A stretch of DNA of 64,000 nucleotides, from the NCBI RefSeq assembly GCF_037042905.1, contig NC_087245.1:13766001-13830000 (forward strand), written 5' to 3'. The notes beneath the pieces are model-generated. The model was given only the letters and a program-made list of their open reading frames with translations, did not search any database and was not told where the DNA came from. Positions 14,926 to 27,430 of this stretch are shown piece after piece; within the stretch, counting starts at the first letter, position 1; each line of letters opens with the position of its first letter. Position numbers and translations under genes: made by a program. This stretch comes from Lytechinus pictus. Taxonomy: Eukaryota.

Positions 14926-15319
14926 TTAAGGAAAAGATCAGTTAGTAGTTCGAAAGCGATATGAATGGAAATATAAACAAAGAATTACATTTATTAAGAG
15001 AAAGAGCAGAGCAGGGGATGGTTGACTTGGGAGAGGGGGAGTGAAGACAAATTGAATTTATAAAAGAAGGAAAACTAATTAATTGAAGAAAAAAATGTAT
15101 TTTAAAAAGGTAGACTGAAGGAGAAATATGAAAAAGATCAAAAGAAAAGAACAAGATAACACTCAAGCAGGAAAGAAGTTGTACTTGTACATGTATATGA
15201 ATTGCAGTGAACACATGCCATAATGCAGCAATTCCAGCTTGAGGAGAGGTGGAAGGAAAATAAGGCAAATATGAAAAACGAATTGGAGAAATATTACAGT
15301 AATTGATGCTTCATGTATA

Positions 15320-15510
15320 GAGGTGCTGTGGCCGAGTGGTCTTGGGGGCTTGACTAGACACATCCAGGCGCGCCCACTAAGTGACTCAAAATTTTTGCTT
15401 GTGCCACCCCAATGCTGTGACCCACGGTACGCCACTGCATCCCGGCTTTGATCCCTGCCTACAGCACCTACGTTTGCCAGTGAGCAAGGCATTTAATAAC
15501 CATTGCTCTT
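15320..15510 (+). mobile_element. Degenerate tRNA-derived SINE head, apparently interrupted by a small CAG...CTG insert
   Basis: A-box-like TGGCCGAGTGG, B-box-like GCTTTGATCCC, then gagcaaggcattta; insert at about 15365-15437. Confidence 0.4.
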
Positions 15511-15851
15511 TTATCTTCATTCAAATGGAAATGCTATAAGTATTTATATGTACACTTTGTTTAAAAAATAATATGTAGGCATTCTTGAAGACTTGAAGGG
15601 TCCAGCTATGGATGTTGTCACTATGTCATGGCAAAATATGCACTCTTGAAGCATCCAATTATATCACCCCTGCCCCCTCAAAAAGTAATAAATAAATTAA
15701 TAGATAAATGGATACATGTAAATAAAAAGGTGAACAAATTTCTTTTTGGTCTAATATGCCAATACTTGTTTTGATTTTATGAATTTTAAATCTTCAATCT
15801 AATTTATCTAACTTGTCTAAACATTTTATCTCCATCTGTAGGTCATTCGTT

Positions 15852-17615
15852 ATGGAGAGTGAAAAGGAGGAGAGAAGTCAAGAAGGAGATGAAGTCATGC
15901 AAGTAGAGTATGTATCCCAATCAGGAGAGGCCACCATAGATGTATCTGAGATCAGCAACATGGACATGACCCAACATGCTGCTTCCGATACTGGAACTGA
16001 TGTTGATGTTGAGGATTTGACTGCTGATGATGCCACTGCTACATCGAACTGTGAATTAAATGAAGCTGCATCCAGTAAAGCGGTGGATGAAGAGACAGAT
16101 GCTGATACCTCTGGAAATGCAGATACAGCCAAGAATGCAGAGATGGAGAGAGAGACATCTGGCATAGATGATGCTGTCAGTGATCTCTTTGATGAAGAAA
16201 CAGAATCTGTGCTGAAAACCATCAAGATCTTTGAATTCTGTGGAGAAGACTTGGTGCAAAAGGATCATATTGAATTCCATGGGCTTGGAGCTGGGGCTTC
16301 TGATGAGGATGAAGAGCTAGGTTCTGGCATCGAGAGTGATGCAACAGATGACTTTGATGCAGAAAATCCTTTTCGCTGTCGTTTCTGCAAAAAGACTTTT
16401 GGTTACAAGAGTAATTTGGTCCGCCACGAAAAGACCCATTCAGGGAGTAAACCATTTATTTGTGTGCACTGCGGTAAGGCCTTTGCCTTGCAGTCGTACC
16501 TTCAACAGCATGAGCGTGTTCATCGTAGTAATAGGGAAAAACCATTTATTTGTTACCAATGTGGCAAATGCTACAGCGATAAATGGATGCTAAAAAAGCA
16601 TGAGCAGTCACATGGGGATCATCCTGATGATGGGCCTAATGCCTATAAATGCCAGTATTGTGATCGTACCTTTGATCGCATTCGGAATGTGAGGCGACAT
16701 GAGAGGACCCACACTGACACACAGGACACTACTGCCTATCAGTGCCCAGTGTGCCACAAATTTTTCACATCATTTAGTAACTTTAAGCGTCATCAGACCA
16801 CCCATACAGAAGAGAAACCCTACAAATGCATGCACTGTAACAAATCATTTGCCTTGCTTCACTATTTGAAACAGCACTTCAAGACTCATGTTGAAGATAA
16901 AGATAAGCCCAGGCACATGTGCTCTTATTGTGGGAAGGTCTTTAGTGAGAATTGGTATCTGCGAAAACATGAGTTGACACATACAGACAACCCAGAATTC
17001 AAATGCAAGATCTGCAACAAGGTGTTCTCTTGCATCAGCAACTATAAACGTCATGCTCGAGTTCATTCTGGGGAGAAACCGTTCGTTTGTCAGTACTGTG
17101 GACGTGCTTTCTCTGAGAGTGGAACTCTCCGTCGTCATGAGCGTACTCACACAGGTAACAAACCATTTATGTGCAAGTACTGTGGACGTAGTTTTACCGT
17201 CAGTCATGCCATGAAACGACATGAGAGTACACACTTTGAAGAAAAACCCTATCGCTGTACCATTTGTGACCGTACGTACACTGACAACAGTGCCCTTGTT
17301 CGTCATGAGCGCACTCATTTGGAAGATAAGAAGGAGACTCTTGTTGCCACCGCTACTATTGAAGATGCCAATGACATAATGCCCCTCACTCAAGTGGTTC
17401 GGATCGTCCAGATGTCTACTAGTCAAGATATCCAAGAGATGGCAGTGGGTGCAGCAGCTCACGATGGGCATGTTCAGGTGTCTCAACCAGTTGAAGCTGC
17501 TGAATATCAGGTTATTGAGCAAGTCTACCAAGCTTCTAGCAGTGGTCTAGCACCAGTCTCGGTACAAACTGTATATGATTCAGCAGGATTGACCCAATAT
17601 TTAAATTCGCAGTGA
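15852..17615 (+). CDS. C2H2 zinc-finger protein, 587 aa, 11 fingers with an acidic N-terminal region; single coding exon
   Basis: 11 CxxC-x12-HxxxH repeats with HTGNKPF/HSGEKPF-type linkers. A splice acceptor (tccatctgtag, ending 15841) precedes ATG 15852, so the ORF-track start at 15813 is intronic. Stop TGA ends 17615. Confidence 0.93.
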   Translation: MESEKEERSQEGDEVMQVEYVSQSGEATIDVSEISNMDMTQHAASDTGTDVDVEDLTADDATATSNCELNEAASSKAVDEETDADTSGNADTAKNAEMERETSGIDDAVSDLFDEETESVLKTIKIFEFCGEDLVQKDHIEFHGLGAGASDEDEELGSGIESDATDDFDAENPFRCRFCKKTFGYKSNLVRHEKTHSGSKPFICVHCGKAFALQSYLQQHERVHRSNREKPFICYQCGKCYSDKWMLKKHEQSHGDHPDDGPNAYKCQYCDRTFDRIRNVRRHERTHTDTQDTTAYQCPVCHKFFTSFSNFKRHQTTHTEEKPYKCMHCNKSFALLHYLKQHFKTHVEDKDKPRHMCSYCGKVFSENWYLRKHELTHTDNPEFKCKICNKVFSCISNYKRHARVHSGEKPFVCQYCGRAFSESGTLRRHERTHTGNKPFMCKYCGRSFTVSHAMKRHESTHFEEKPYRCTICDRTYTDNSALVRHERTHLEDKKETLVATATIEDANDIMPLTQVVRIVQMSTSQDIQEMAVGAAAHDGHVQVSQPVEAAEYQVIEQVYQASSSGLAPVSVQTVYDSAGLTQYLNSQ

Positions 17616-18574
17616 TTCAACTTAAAATCATTTAAAGTTACATGAACAGTTTAGTCTGGACATTTTTTCAGTATATTACCTATAAAGGCTTAAAAGTACA
17701 CCAATGGTATTTTTCTTCTCTTTGTTTGTTCCTATCCATATGATATTACCATATATGTATGATATGATAATTTATAACTTGATATATTTGATAAGTTCAT
17801 GTGTATGGTTTTGATCGAGCGAAGCGAGCGAGCCAAAAATATCCATATTATATTATGGTATGGAAGAAGTTTTTTAATGTTTTTTTTTAGGGCACATACT
17901 TGTAATGAACTCCATGACAAAATGACTGTTAATAGGTTTCCATTTCCTAGCTGTCAAATGTAACCCTATTTGGTACTTCGCTGTTTATACTTACCAAACC
18001 TAACTTGTCTTTTTACAAGCAAGTGAAGAAAATAACATGAACTTTTTTTTTATTTTAGTGGTAAAGATAATGATATTTTTTGTATACATATGTAGTACAT
18101 ATCAAGTTATCTAATATCTCTAACTCTCTATGCACTTCAAAAAGGACTTTGGATATTTTTACAATGGCTTTTTTTAATAAGGGCATTTAAAGGAAAGGGA
18201 AGGTGGTGCTCACTTTTTGATGGCATCCAAAGCCAGTAGAATAGGGCACCAATGGTGAAATGTACTTTCAGAGCTACAAATTAGTAGGGTTGTATCCTAT
18301 TAGTAGGATATTTTAAGGGAGAAAGTGACACTTATAGGATTTCCCCCCTAGAAATATGATTTTTTTTTTTGTACTTGTGATTATTTTCATATGTATTAAA
18401 AAAAAAATTCAAGAAGAAAAAAAAAAAAGAATAGACCTATATTTTTTTTTTTCATAATTAAAGTTGGCAAGTCTGTACTTTTAATGTGACACATGCACTT
18501 GATCACTGCAGGCAGGACACCTTGGCAAATTTTGTTTTCCTTCTTTCATTGAATATTTGTTTGTGGGAACTTAA

Positions 18575-19162
18575 AGGTCAAGTCCACCCCAGGAAACAGT
18601 TGATTTGAATAAATAGAGAAAAATCAAACACAAATAATGCTGAAAACTTCATAAAAATCGGATGTAAAATAAGAAAATTATAACATTTTAAAGTTTCGCT
18701 TATTTTTCATAAAACAGTTCTATGCTCAACTCAGTGATATGCAAATGAGAAGAGTCGATGATGTCACTCACTATTTTGTTTTTTATTGTTTGAATTCTAC
18801 AATATTTCAATTTTTACGATTTTGACAATTAGGACCTCCTTGCCTGAACCACAAATGTTAAAAAAATGGAATTCCATGTGTTCAGGGAGGAATGAAACTT
18901 CGTTTCATATGACAATGACGAGAAAATCAAAATATTTCATATAATAAAATACAAAAGAAATAGTTAGTGGGTGATGTCATCGGTCCCCTCATTTGCATAC
19001 CGAACAGGATGTGCATATAACTGTTTTGTGAAATTAAGCGAAACTTAAAAATGTCATAACTTTGTTATTTTATATCCGATTTTGATGAAATTTTCCGTGT
19101 TGTGCTTGTTGGATTTTTCTCCTTTTATTCAAATCAACTAGTTGTTGGAGTGGACTTGTCCT
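18575..19162. mobile_element. MITE with long imperfect TIRs, TTAA-AGG...CCT termini (Kolobok-like)
   Basis: TTAA|AGGTCAAGTCCACCCC ... GGAGTGGACTTGTCCT; arms such as aaaatcggatgtaaaataag / ttattttatatccgatttt are inverted copies. Confidence 0.8.
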
Positions 19163-21804
19163 TAAAAGCATCTTGATGTATACACATGAATGTATATAGT
19201 TTACTGATACCACTGTGACTTCTTTAGGCTAGAAAATTTCAATTTGAGGGGCTATTGTTAATATTGGGTTGATTTCTTTCTTTTTTTGTAGGGGGGGGTA
19301 GTTCTTTTCATTTCAAGGGCTACATGTTTCATTTGATAAAGCGCAAAATAATAAGTACTGGATGAAGATAAAGTGGAAATTATTCCATCTGGACATTAGA
19401 CTAAATGTGGTATTATACTATTAGATCAAGTGTAGTGTCAACCAAATGATAATTCAACCAAAGTAAAGTGGGTTTAGCTCATAATACTACAATTATTTGG
19501 AAACCCTTGCTACGAACTATTGTACATTCACTCGTATGTATTTTATTATCTCGAGTGCAAAGTGCAAACATGTACACTTCTCTGATAAGTGCCCTCTTAA
19601 CACTGTAAAACTGATTGTCACCAAATTCATACTGATGGAATCAATGCAATTAGTCTTTAAAGCTAATATATGATCGAAATATTGTAAAGTTTTTATCAAA
19701 TTGATTAGACGTAAATGTCCAAGGCTGTACTTCATGAAGAGTTTACATTTACTATGGTGTTCAACTGCTTTCAAATGGAATCTAGCATGCAAATAGTTCA
19801 GTTTATTTCATGGTTTTTGTTTTAAATAATGAATTTTTTGTGAATTCTGTTTATAATATTAAATGATGTGCAAATACTTGCTGAAGATTTAGAATAAATT
19901 ACAATTTGATCAGAAACATTGAGTTGAAAATTGGTGGTCCCTGTTTTATGGGCATGTCAGATTGTATTTAGAAAGGGAAAGAAATAGATAAAGGAAATGT
20001 AAGAAATGAAAAATCTCATCGTATCATTTGTCTATGATTGTATAATTTTGTTATCCAATGAAAGTTTCATTTTAATTCTTTTTAATAACTATATTCAAAT
20101 TTATTCATAAGTGTTTTCCCTATATAATAAGGGTACATGTTTAGCTTCCTTTGAGACAGGCTCTATGTACAATGCAATTAAAAAAAAAATACATAAACCT
20201 CCAAATTTTCAAACCTAGCTGACATCTAAGAATAGAGAGGAGATGCTAGGGTTCATGCTTTTGCCATTTTCTCTCTCTATCTCTTGGTTCGGAGGCAATG
20301 ATCCTCCCCCCCCCCCATGGCCCTGGGAGGCGGGGGTTGTGTAAAAATTGAAAAATGTAACAAAATGACCCTCATTTTGTGGTGAAACCCTTTTTTTTTT
20401 TTTTTTTTTTCTTTTCAAATTTACATCAGCACCCATATTAAAAAAAGTTGTTCCCAGTGCCCAGCCTGTAAAGGTTTTTTTTGCTGTTTTTGTTCTTTCT
20501 CTTAAATAATTTTCTTCACTTATACTACCCTTTCCCTTCTTGATCTATATTTGTATGGTTGGGGATAAGAGGGCCTTTTGGACAACTTGGCATGAAAAAA
20601 ATGCTATTTTGTTTTTGTTTTTTTTTGCTGGAAGGAGGTAACTGCTTGTAATGCCAGGCCCCTTCAGTTATTTTCTTCCCTTTCTCTTATTTTCCATCTG
20701 GGTTTTTGCTCTCTTACTCTTTTTTTTTTGGGGGGGGGGGATGGGATGGGCCCTGGGCCGCCTTTTTTTTAATTATAGATTTATCCCTTTTTTGGCAGGG
20801 GAAGTAATGTAATGTCCTTGTAGCCACATTCGTCCCAACTACCCCCACCCCTTTGTTTCTTTATTTCTTAGTAATCATCCCTCTTTTTAGGTGGGGGGTG
20901 CAGGACCCTCTCACCTCCATAAATCTTTATCCATATCTGATTTTAGAAGACCTTTACCTACAACCTTGTATAGGCCTTTTTTATGGCTCTATACATATAT
21001 AAAGTTCCAGGGACAGACATGCTTGGTGGTCGATTGGTGAAAAAAAAAAATCATCCATTTTTTCTCTCTGTGTGAGGGATTTAAAAAATGTTAGTTTAGG
21101 GGAGGGGGGGGGGGGGGGTTCAGTGGCATAATGGTTCTAAAAATGTTAGGGGGCCAGAAAATGGCGTAGAGGGCAAAAAAATATAAAAAGCTGCAGGTGA
21201 GCGAAATGAGCAAGGAAAGATTTTTGATACCGCCGAAAATCTATTTTACATGATGATTTGAAATATAATATTCAACCCTGCTTCTTTTCGCTGGGCGGGG
21301 GGTAGAACTCGAGACCGAAGTTTTAAGTATATTATGTTATCTTTATTTTTATACAATAATAGGTACTACGTATACACGTATACTAGATCGATAATGTGAG
21401 CGTGAGCTAAATTTTTTGATAAAAAATGAACTGCGATTGAGTTATCTTGAGAAATCTTGTGGTTTTCAGGATTATTTCCCCATTCTACATTTTTTTAAAA
21501 TTTCAATTCTCATTCAGTTGATTTGTATAATACTTCTTTACCTTTTTCACCATAACCGGGATGAAGAATATTCACAAAAATTAAGTGACATTCAAAAGGG
21601 TGGTAAATTAAACGGGGGCATACCCTATGCTCTTGGTTGCGGGGAGGGGACAAATTAAAAAGATGACATGAACGTAATTATAATTATCTTTCATCCTGTA
21701 TTTTTTTTCTCTCCATCTGTTTCTTATAAGTCTGAAAGGAATGGTTTCATTCAATAACAATAAACATAAGAAAATTCCGAGAAAAAAAAAAGGTCATCAT
21801 GCGT

Positions 21805-22060
21805 GGGCGCGTCGTGGTCTATAGTGGTTTTGACTCTCGCCTTTCAAACAGAGGGTCGCAGGTTCGAATCCAAGACTTGGTGTGTTTTCCTTCAGCAAGA
21901 AATTTATCAACACTGCTGCACTCGACCCAGGTGAGGTGAATGGGTACCCGGCAGGATCAATTCCTTGAATTAGCCGGGGTAATAACAACAATGCGCGCCG
22001 GACGGAATAGATTGTTTCTATATAGATGGCGCTATACAAATGCCTATTATTATTTGTTAT
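21805..22060 (+). mobile_element. tRNA-derived SINE
   Basis: A box TGGTCTATAGTGG, B box GGTTCGAATCC, body gcactcgacccaggtgaggtgaatgggtacc, tail gcgctatacaaatgcc(tat)n. Confidence 0.85.
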
Positions 22061-22518
22061 AAAATACGACAATCAATGTTACCATCATGATCAGATCATC
22101 ATGGCATACTCCCTCCACACTTGTCATGAATCATCATAACGTCCGACCGTAAATTATTGGGGGATGCATAACACAGGCCTTCCCCTCACCTGAAATATTC
22201 GGGGGATGCGTCCATTCTTTCCCTTTCCTTTCCTGTCCTTGCCTATAATATAGTCGCCCCTGCATGCTTTCCTTCCGTTCCCCGGCCTCTCCTCTCTTTT
22301 TCCTTCTTTCCCCCTCTTTAATGCCTCCTCCCGGCCGGTCATCTTGACTTTCTTTTCGGCTCTTTAAATCCTTCCCTATCCCCCTTCACCTTTCTTTACT
22401 CGTCTTCCTCTATCATGTCTATCTTTCATTTTCTTCCTCCATGGGGGGGGGGGGGGGGGGGGGGGGTCTACACGAAATGACTAAATTGAGGTCAGCCATT
22501 ATGCCCGAATGGAAAGTT

Positions 22519-23220
22519 GGAAGTTCACCCCGGAGAAAAGTTTGTTGTAAAAATAACAGAAAAAATAATTGAAATATTGGTGAAGGTTTGAGGAAAATCA
22601 GTTAAAGATTAAAGGGGTACTCCGGGCTGAAAATATTGATACATTAATAAAGAGTAAAATTCACAGAGCAAAATGATGAATATTTCATCAAAATTTTGAT
22701 GAAAAATAAGAAAGTTTCACCGGAATAATCCGAATCTTTAAAATGCCCCCCCAAAAAATCAAATCAAATAGATTTTCGGCGGTATCATAGAGAGCAAAAA
22801 ACTGTTTAAATCATTATTCTCATGCAGCCCGGAGCATCCCTTTAAGAAAGCTATTAGAATTTTAAGTTTTGAATTTGTGACGTCATAAACGAGCAGCTGT
22901 CCCATATGATATAAAATGCATTATTTTCATTTTTAATGGTTCCTGATGACTTTTTTTGTTTTCTATTCACGATTTGTGTATTGATATACAAAAGGTACAG
23001 TAAAATCTATTTTCAATTTTCTGAGAAAATAACATTTCATTTACCATTCGCTATGTAGGAATGCTTCTCGCATAATTTATGATGTCACAAACCAAATAAT
23101 TAAAATTCTAATAACATTTTAATCCTTCCCTGATTTTTCTCAAAGCTTCTGCAATATTTTTTATGTTATTATTTTTTCTGATATTTTTACGATCGACTTT
23201 TGTCAGGGTGAACTTACCCT
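22519..23220. mobile_element. MITE (GAAGTTCACCC / GGGTGAACTT ends) containing a nested MITE
   Basis: Inverted ends, with the right end followed by TTAA; related fragment near 7145-7260. Confidence 0.65.
22613..22841. mobile_element. Nested TTAA-flanked MITE
   Basis: TTAA|AGGGGTACTCCGGGCTG ... CAGCCCGGAGCATCCCT|TTAA. Confidence 0.8.
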
Positions 23221-24339
23221 TTAAAAGTATTCAGAGAATAAGCCAGACGAACGGAAAGAAAGTTATGAATTTTCAAACATTGCAATCACTATCGCGAATG
23301 CTGCTTCTACAATAATTGGTGCTGGAGATGAAGTAAAGAAAACTGCATTATTTACATAGGTATATGATGGGTATACAAGGATCGACTTTTAACAGTTTTA
23401 CCAGGGACTTACCACAGAACCATACTGATGGGTCCGGGGGGGGGGGGGGGGTGAGAGTGGCTCCAAATAACGGGCCCAAATGTTTTGCCCCTATATCTCA
23501 TCGCAATTTCCGATATCAAAATTTATCAATTATGTTTCCTTTATATTATGAGCATAGAGTGTAATAGCTCTATGTTATGAGTGTCTCTATTGAGAAATTT
23601 GCTTGCCTACATAACAGTTCACCGGAATGACCCCTCGATCATGGGTCGATCCCCCTTCAAATTGAAAAAAAAAACATCCCTAAAACAGGTCTTGTACAAA
23701 AAATTTCCTAAGAAGACCTACTTTGAATTTCGTCTCTGTGATTTAAGAAAAAATAAATAAAATTGTTAAAAAAAAACAACTGAATCTGTCCTATAGCTTG
23801 TCGGGGATATATGCGGCACCTCCCATCCGGCCTTCCATGCAACTGAAAGGAGTCTATGAGATTTTCTTTTCAAATCATTGTAGTTAAAAAATAGCTCCAT
23901 AATGTAATGGAGGCCCAGGTATTTTTGTATCATTTAATGTCACTGATTCTGCTTTTAGATGATAGCCTTGCCCTATAATTAATAGGCCTATTATTTTTAT
24001 AGATTAAGTTCTGATAATGATTCCATCCATTCTGTTACGCCGGCCCCCTGAAATTCATTGTTGTTTCGAACTGCTCCTAAAGACGGTTAAAATTTACCTA
24101 AACTTCCAACTTAAAAAAATATATAGCATTAATTAAGTTCTTATTCTTCAGCCGTGAAAAACTTTGTTCAACGCCCACGAAACCCTATTGTTATTCTTCA
24201 AACATGGAGGGACTTCCCCAGATGATGCAAGTCGTTCGTGAATGATAAATTATGATGCAAGTCCCCGACCTTGCAGAAGACACGCCCATTTTCTTTCACC
24301 CTTCACAAAATACTCCACCGGCACCAATACCGTACAAGA

Positions 24340-24600
24340 GTCGAGTAGCTCATTGCGAAAATTGATTTGAGCAGCGGGCCGGCCGGGCGGGATGCAGGCG
24401 CATGCTACCGGTATAGCATGCTGTGGACATGTGAGTGTTTCGTGATATTACTGTATTAGTTCGTCTGTTGTAACACGGTGGCTGTGCCTTTGGAAGAAGA
24501 TCCCGGGGATATTTATTTGCAGGGTACTGGCGCTCGAATGAAGTTTTACAAAGAGGCTGACTTCATCCAATTTTCTCAATAGGATGATAGATTCGAGTTG
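24340..24600 (+). promoter_or_regulatory. Probable promoter and non-coding first exon(s) of the CPS gene
   Basis: GC/CpG-rich patch (gcgggccggccgggcggg, GCGCATGC) with donor-like sites cat|gtgagt (24431) and gtt|gtaagt (24600). An acceptor at 29031 precedes the ATG exon. Confidence 0.45.
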
Positions 24601-27317
24601 TAAGTAGCATCAGTATTTTGAAAATAGAAAAAATATGTGTCTTTCTAGTTAGATCTAACTTAGATCTTACTTAGTTACGTTACGCAGTTAAAAAGCATCG
24701 CTGTCGCGTAATTACGGTATGTGCTCCGGACGGTTGACGGCGCGGGGTCATGACGTGCAATGGCAGTGCCCATGGGCCATGGCTGTGCACTGCTCAATAC
24801 TGCATAATTAAGGCACAGTGTATTGATTCTAATCTATACTAGAGTTATCTGAGAAATTTTAAAACAATCTTGCCTTGGTAAACTGAAGGAATATCGGTCT
24901 AATGTTATTGTTAGTATAACATTAGATCTAACATTTTTATAACAACGTTAGACCTAACCCTAAACTTTAGTTTATTATCTAATTTGTTAGGCCTAGACCC
25001 TATAGTCTATTACTGTCTAGATTTAACGTTAGATCTATATTTAAAAAAGTAGAATCTAGATCTAGATCCTAGAAATAGATTGGTGATTCTTCACGGGACC
25101 TAACGTTAGATGATCTAATTCTAAGTACGGTAAGTGAAAGTGTCTCCTTTTGTGTCCCGATGGCGATAGGCGATACTTGGACGTCGCATTGAATATTTCT
25201 GTGTTTTAAGCTTTAATTTTTCTCTATTAATTCTGACATGAATGTCTTTAACAATTTCTATTAACAGAACTTAGGAGAAATTAATCTTGTTGGTTATTTT
25301 TTTTTGTCTGAATGTGCCGAACCCCCTGAAATCGCACGTCTCGATGATAGTGACATTGATACCATCAAAATTGAATTGATATGTCATAAATTCTGAATGG
25401 ATGATTATTATGTGAGTTCTGTGCCTGAATACTGATAATACATGTAGTCTTGTAATTGATTGAATATGTGTAAATATGAGTGCATATTGAAAATTTTGCA
25501 ATAAAACATTTTTTAATATATTTTATGTCCCGCAATTCTGTGTCATCTCCGTCACTAAACCTTGGCACCATCTACAACATACATGATGTAAGACGGGGTA
25601 TAGATACAACTCGATCACCCAGATCTAGGTCTAAATCTAGACTAGAGTAGAGTCAATTCTAGACTGACTAGACAGCGTCTATGGAGAAAAGGGTGTGCTA
25701 GTGCACCCATTTTGACTCCTTAATTCCCCTTTTTGATGGAGAAAAAAAAGCGTGTGAATGAAAATTATTATTTTTAATTAATAAGAAAACGATCAGCGCA
25801 GTTTCTTGAAATAAACTATTATTTAAGTTCTAAAAAATTAAATTCCAAAGAACCTGTTTTGGGTTCCAACTATCGATTGTCATCGTGTTACTTTTGCAGC
25901 TTAAACATACAAATGCGTCAGCCAACCACATTCATGTTACCGTTTTCAGTTTACGATCTCAGGCTCTATTTAGGTGATGCATAGGCCTACTCAATATCAT
26001 TGATGAGTAACGTTAGATCCTTCATATTGTCGAGTTGGCAATGAACCCTTTCAACACATTTAAAACATATTTGACATTATAGGGGGAAATATACTTTTTA
26101 GGAGCCATTTGAAAAAATTTGAGAGCAATTTTTCATATTACCAGAGCCATTTTTTAGTTTTCTTTTTTTCCAGGATTCAGGAAATGGTGAAACATTACGG
26201 TTTGTCCTGCTTGTTTACTTTATCTTCATTGTTATTAATTGTTAAATGATTATTTAATTTATAGTTGATTGTTCATTTAATGTTTATTGTTTTGAGATCT
26301 GGATTCATTTATCTCATGTATTAACTTAACTGAACGTTACGTGTTAGGTCACAATTGTCCATCAAATTGAATAGCTTAAGGAAGGATGAAGTTTATCAAA
26401 TTTGAACAGAATTAATTCACAGGAATCCTTTCATGATTTTGAATTGCTTGATAAAAAACTAACTTGAAAATGATAGCTGAACTTGCCCGAAATTCAACAT
26501 GTCAACTTATTTCATATGCCGAGCCAGCACAGTCAATCACCGCAAGTTCGCAACACACACCAAACACATACGGGCCAAAACCACTATATCGGCACAATTG
26601 GAAAGTCACAAAAGTGAAAAAATAAAGTTGTTCAAACAGGATTTATGTCATTACCAATCCAGGTGACATATGTTTGAGTTTATATTTGAAAAATATGAGC
26701 ACATGATGTTACTCGTTATTATTGTGTGATTAGTTCTTTCACGGGATGTAAATTTCCCTATGTAACATACCTTACCGCTATCATTTAAATTCAAATGCTT
26801 TTAAATAAAATGAGTGACTGCAGCCTATAATTGAAATCATAATGCGTCATAACTGCAGTAAACCACCGGCTGCCATGTTTGTAAATATGTTGCCTCAAGA
26901 TGAAACAGGTGACAAATGACCTATATAAGATAAATAGCATAGCAAGTCATATTTTATTCAAATATACTTCATTTTGTGTTAATGTGTTTTCTTGAAATTA
27001 GATATCTGATTGTACCACAGGAAATATTTTCAGTATTTACAAGTACCATCTTGGCAGACGAATCTCAAGTACCATAAAGGTTGCAAGTGATAATGTGTGC
27101 TTTAATATTTCCCTGTAACGTAAGTTACACGTTAAGTAACGTAAGTTACATAGATGATTAAGATAAGAAAGGAAATTGTTTTGGTACATATTCCTACATT
27201 AATTTGTCGTCAACTGTAAATGAACATAATATAGCCTAATATCATTATTCAATGATTTTGTGATATTATTCTCATAAACGACTATAAGACTTCCATTCTA
27301 TAACAACAAAAAAATGA

Positions 27318-27430
27318 TAATAATAATATGTCCATTTATATAGCGCAGTTACTATGTGCATATATACTCAACTGCGCTTTGATGCTTGGTATCATATCAT
27401 TACCCCGGCTGTAGCCGAGCCGCCATATGA
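27318..27430 (-). mobile_element. SINE 3'-end fragment
   Basis: (aat)n..catttatatagcgc..gcgcttt..attaccccggct is the reverse complement of a tail like that of the 21805 SINE. Confidence 0.55.

Noticed and set aside
16845..17531. 228-aa minus-strand ORF and other antisense ORFs over the zinc-finger CDS
   Set aside because: Antisense shadows of a real coding exon with no recognisable motifs
21805..21880. Possible tRNA gene
   Set aside because: A and B boxes are present, but the acceptor stem does not close and the sequence continues into a SINE body and tail
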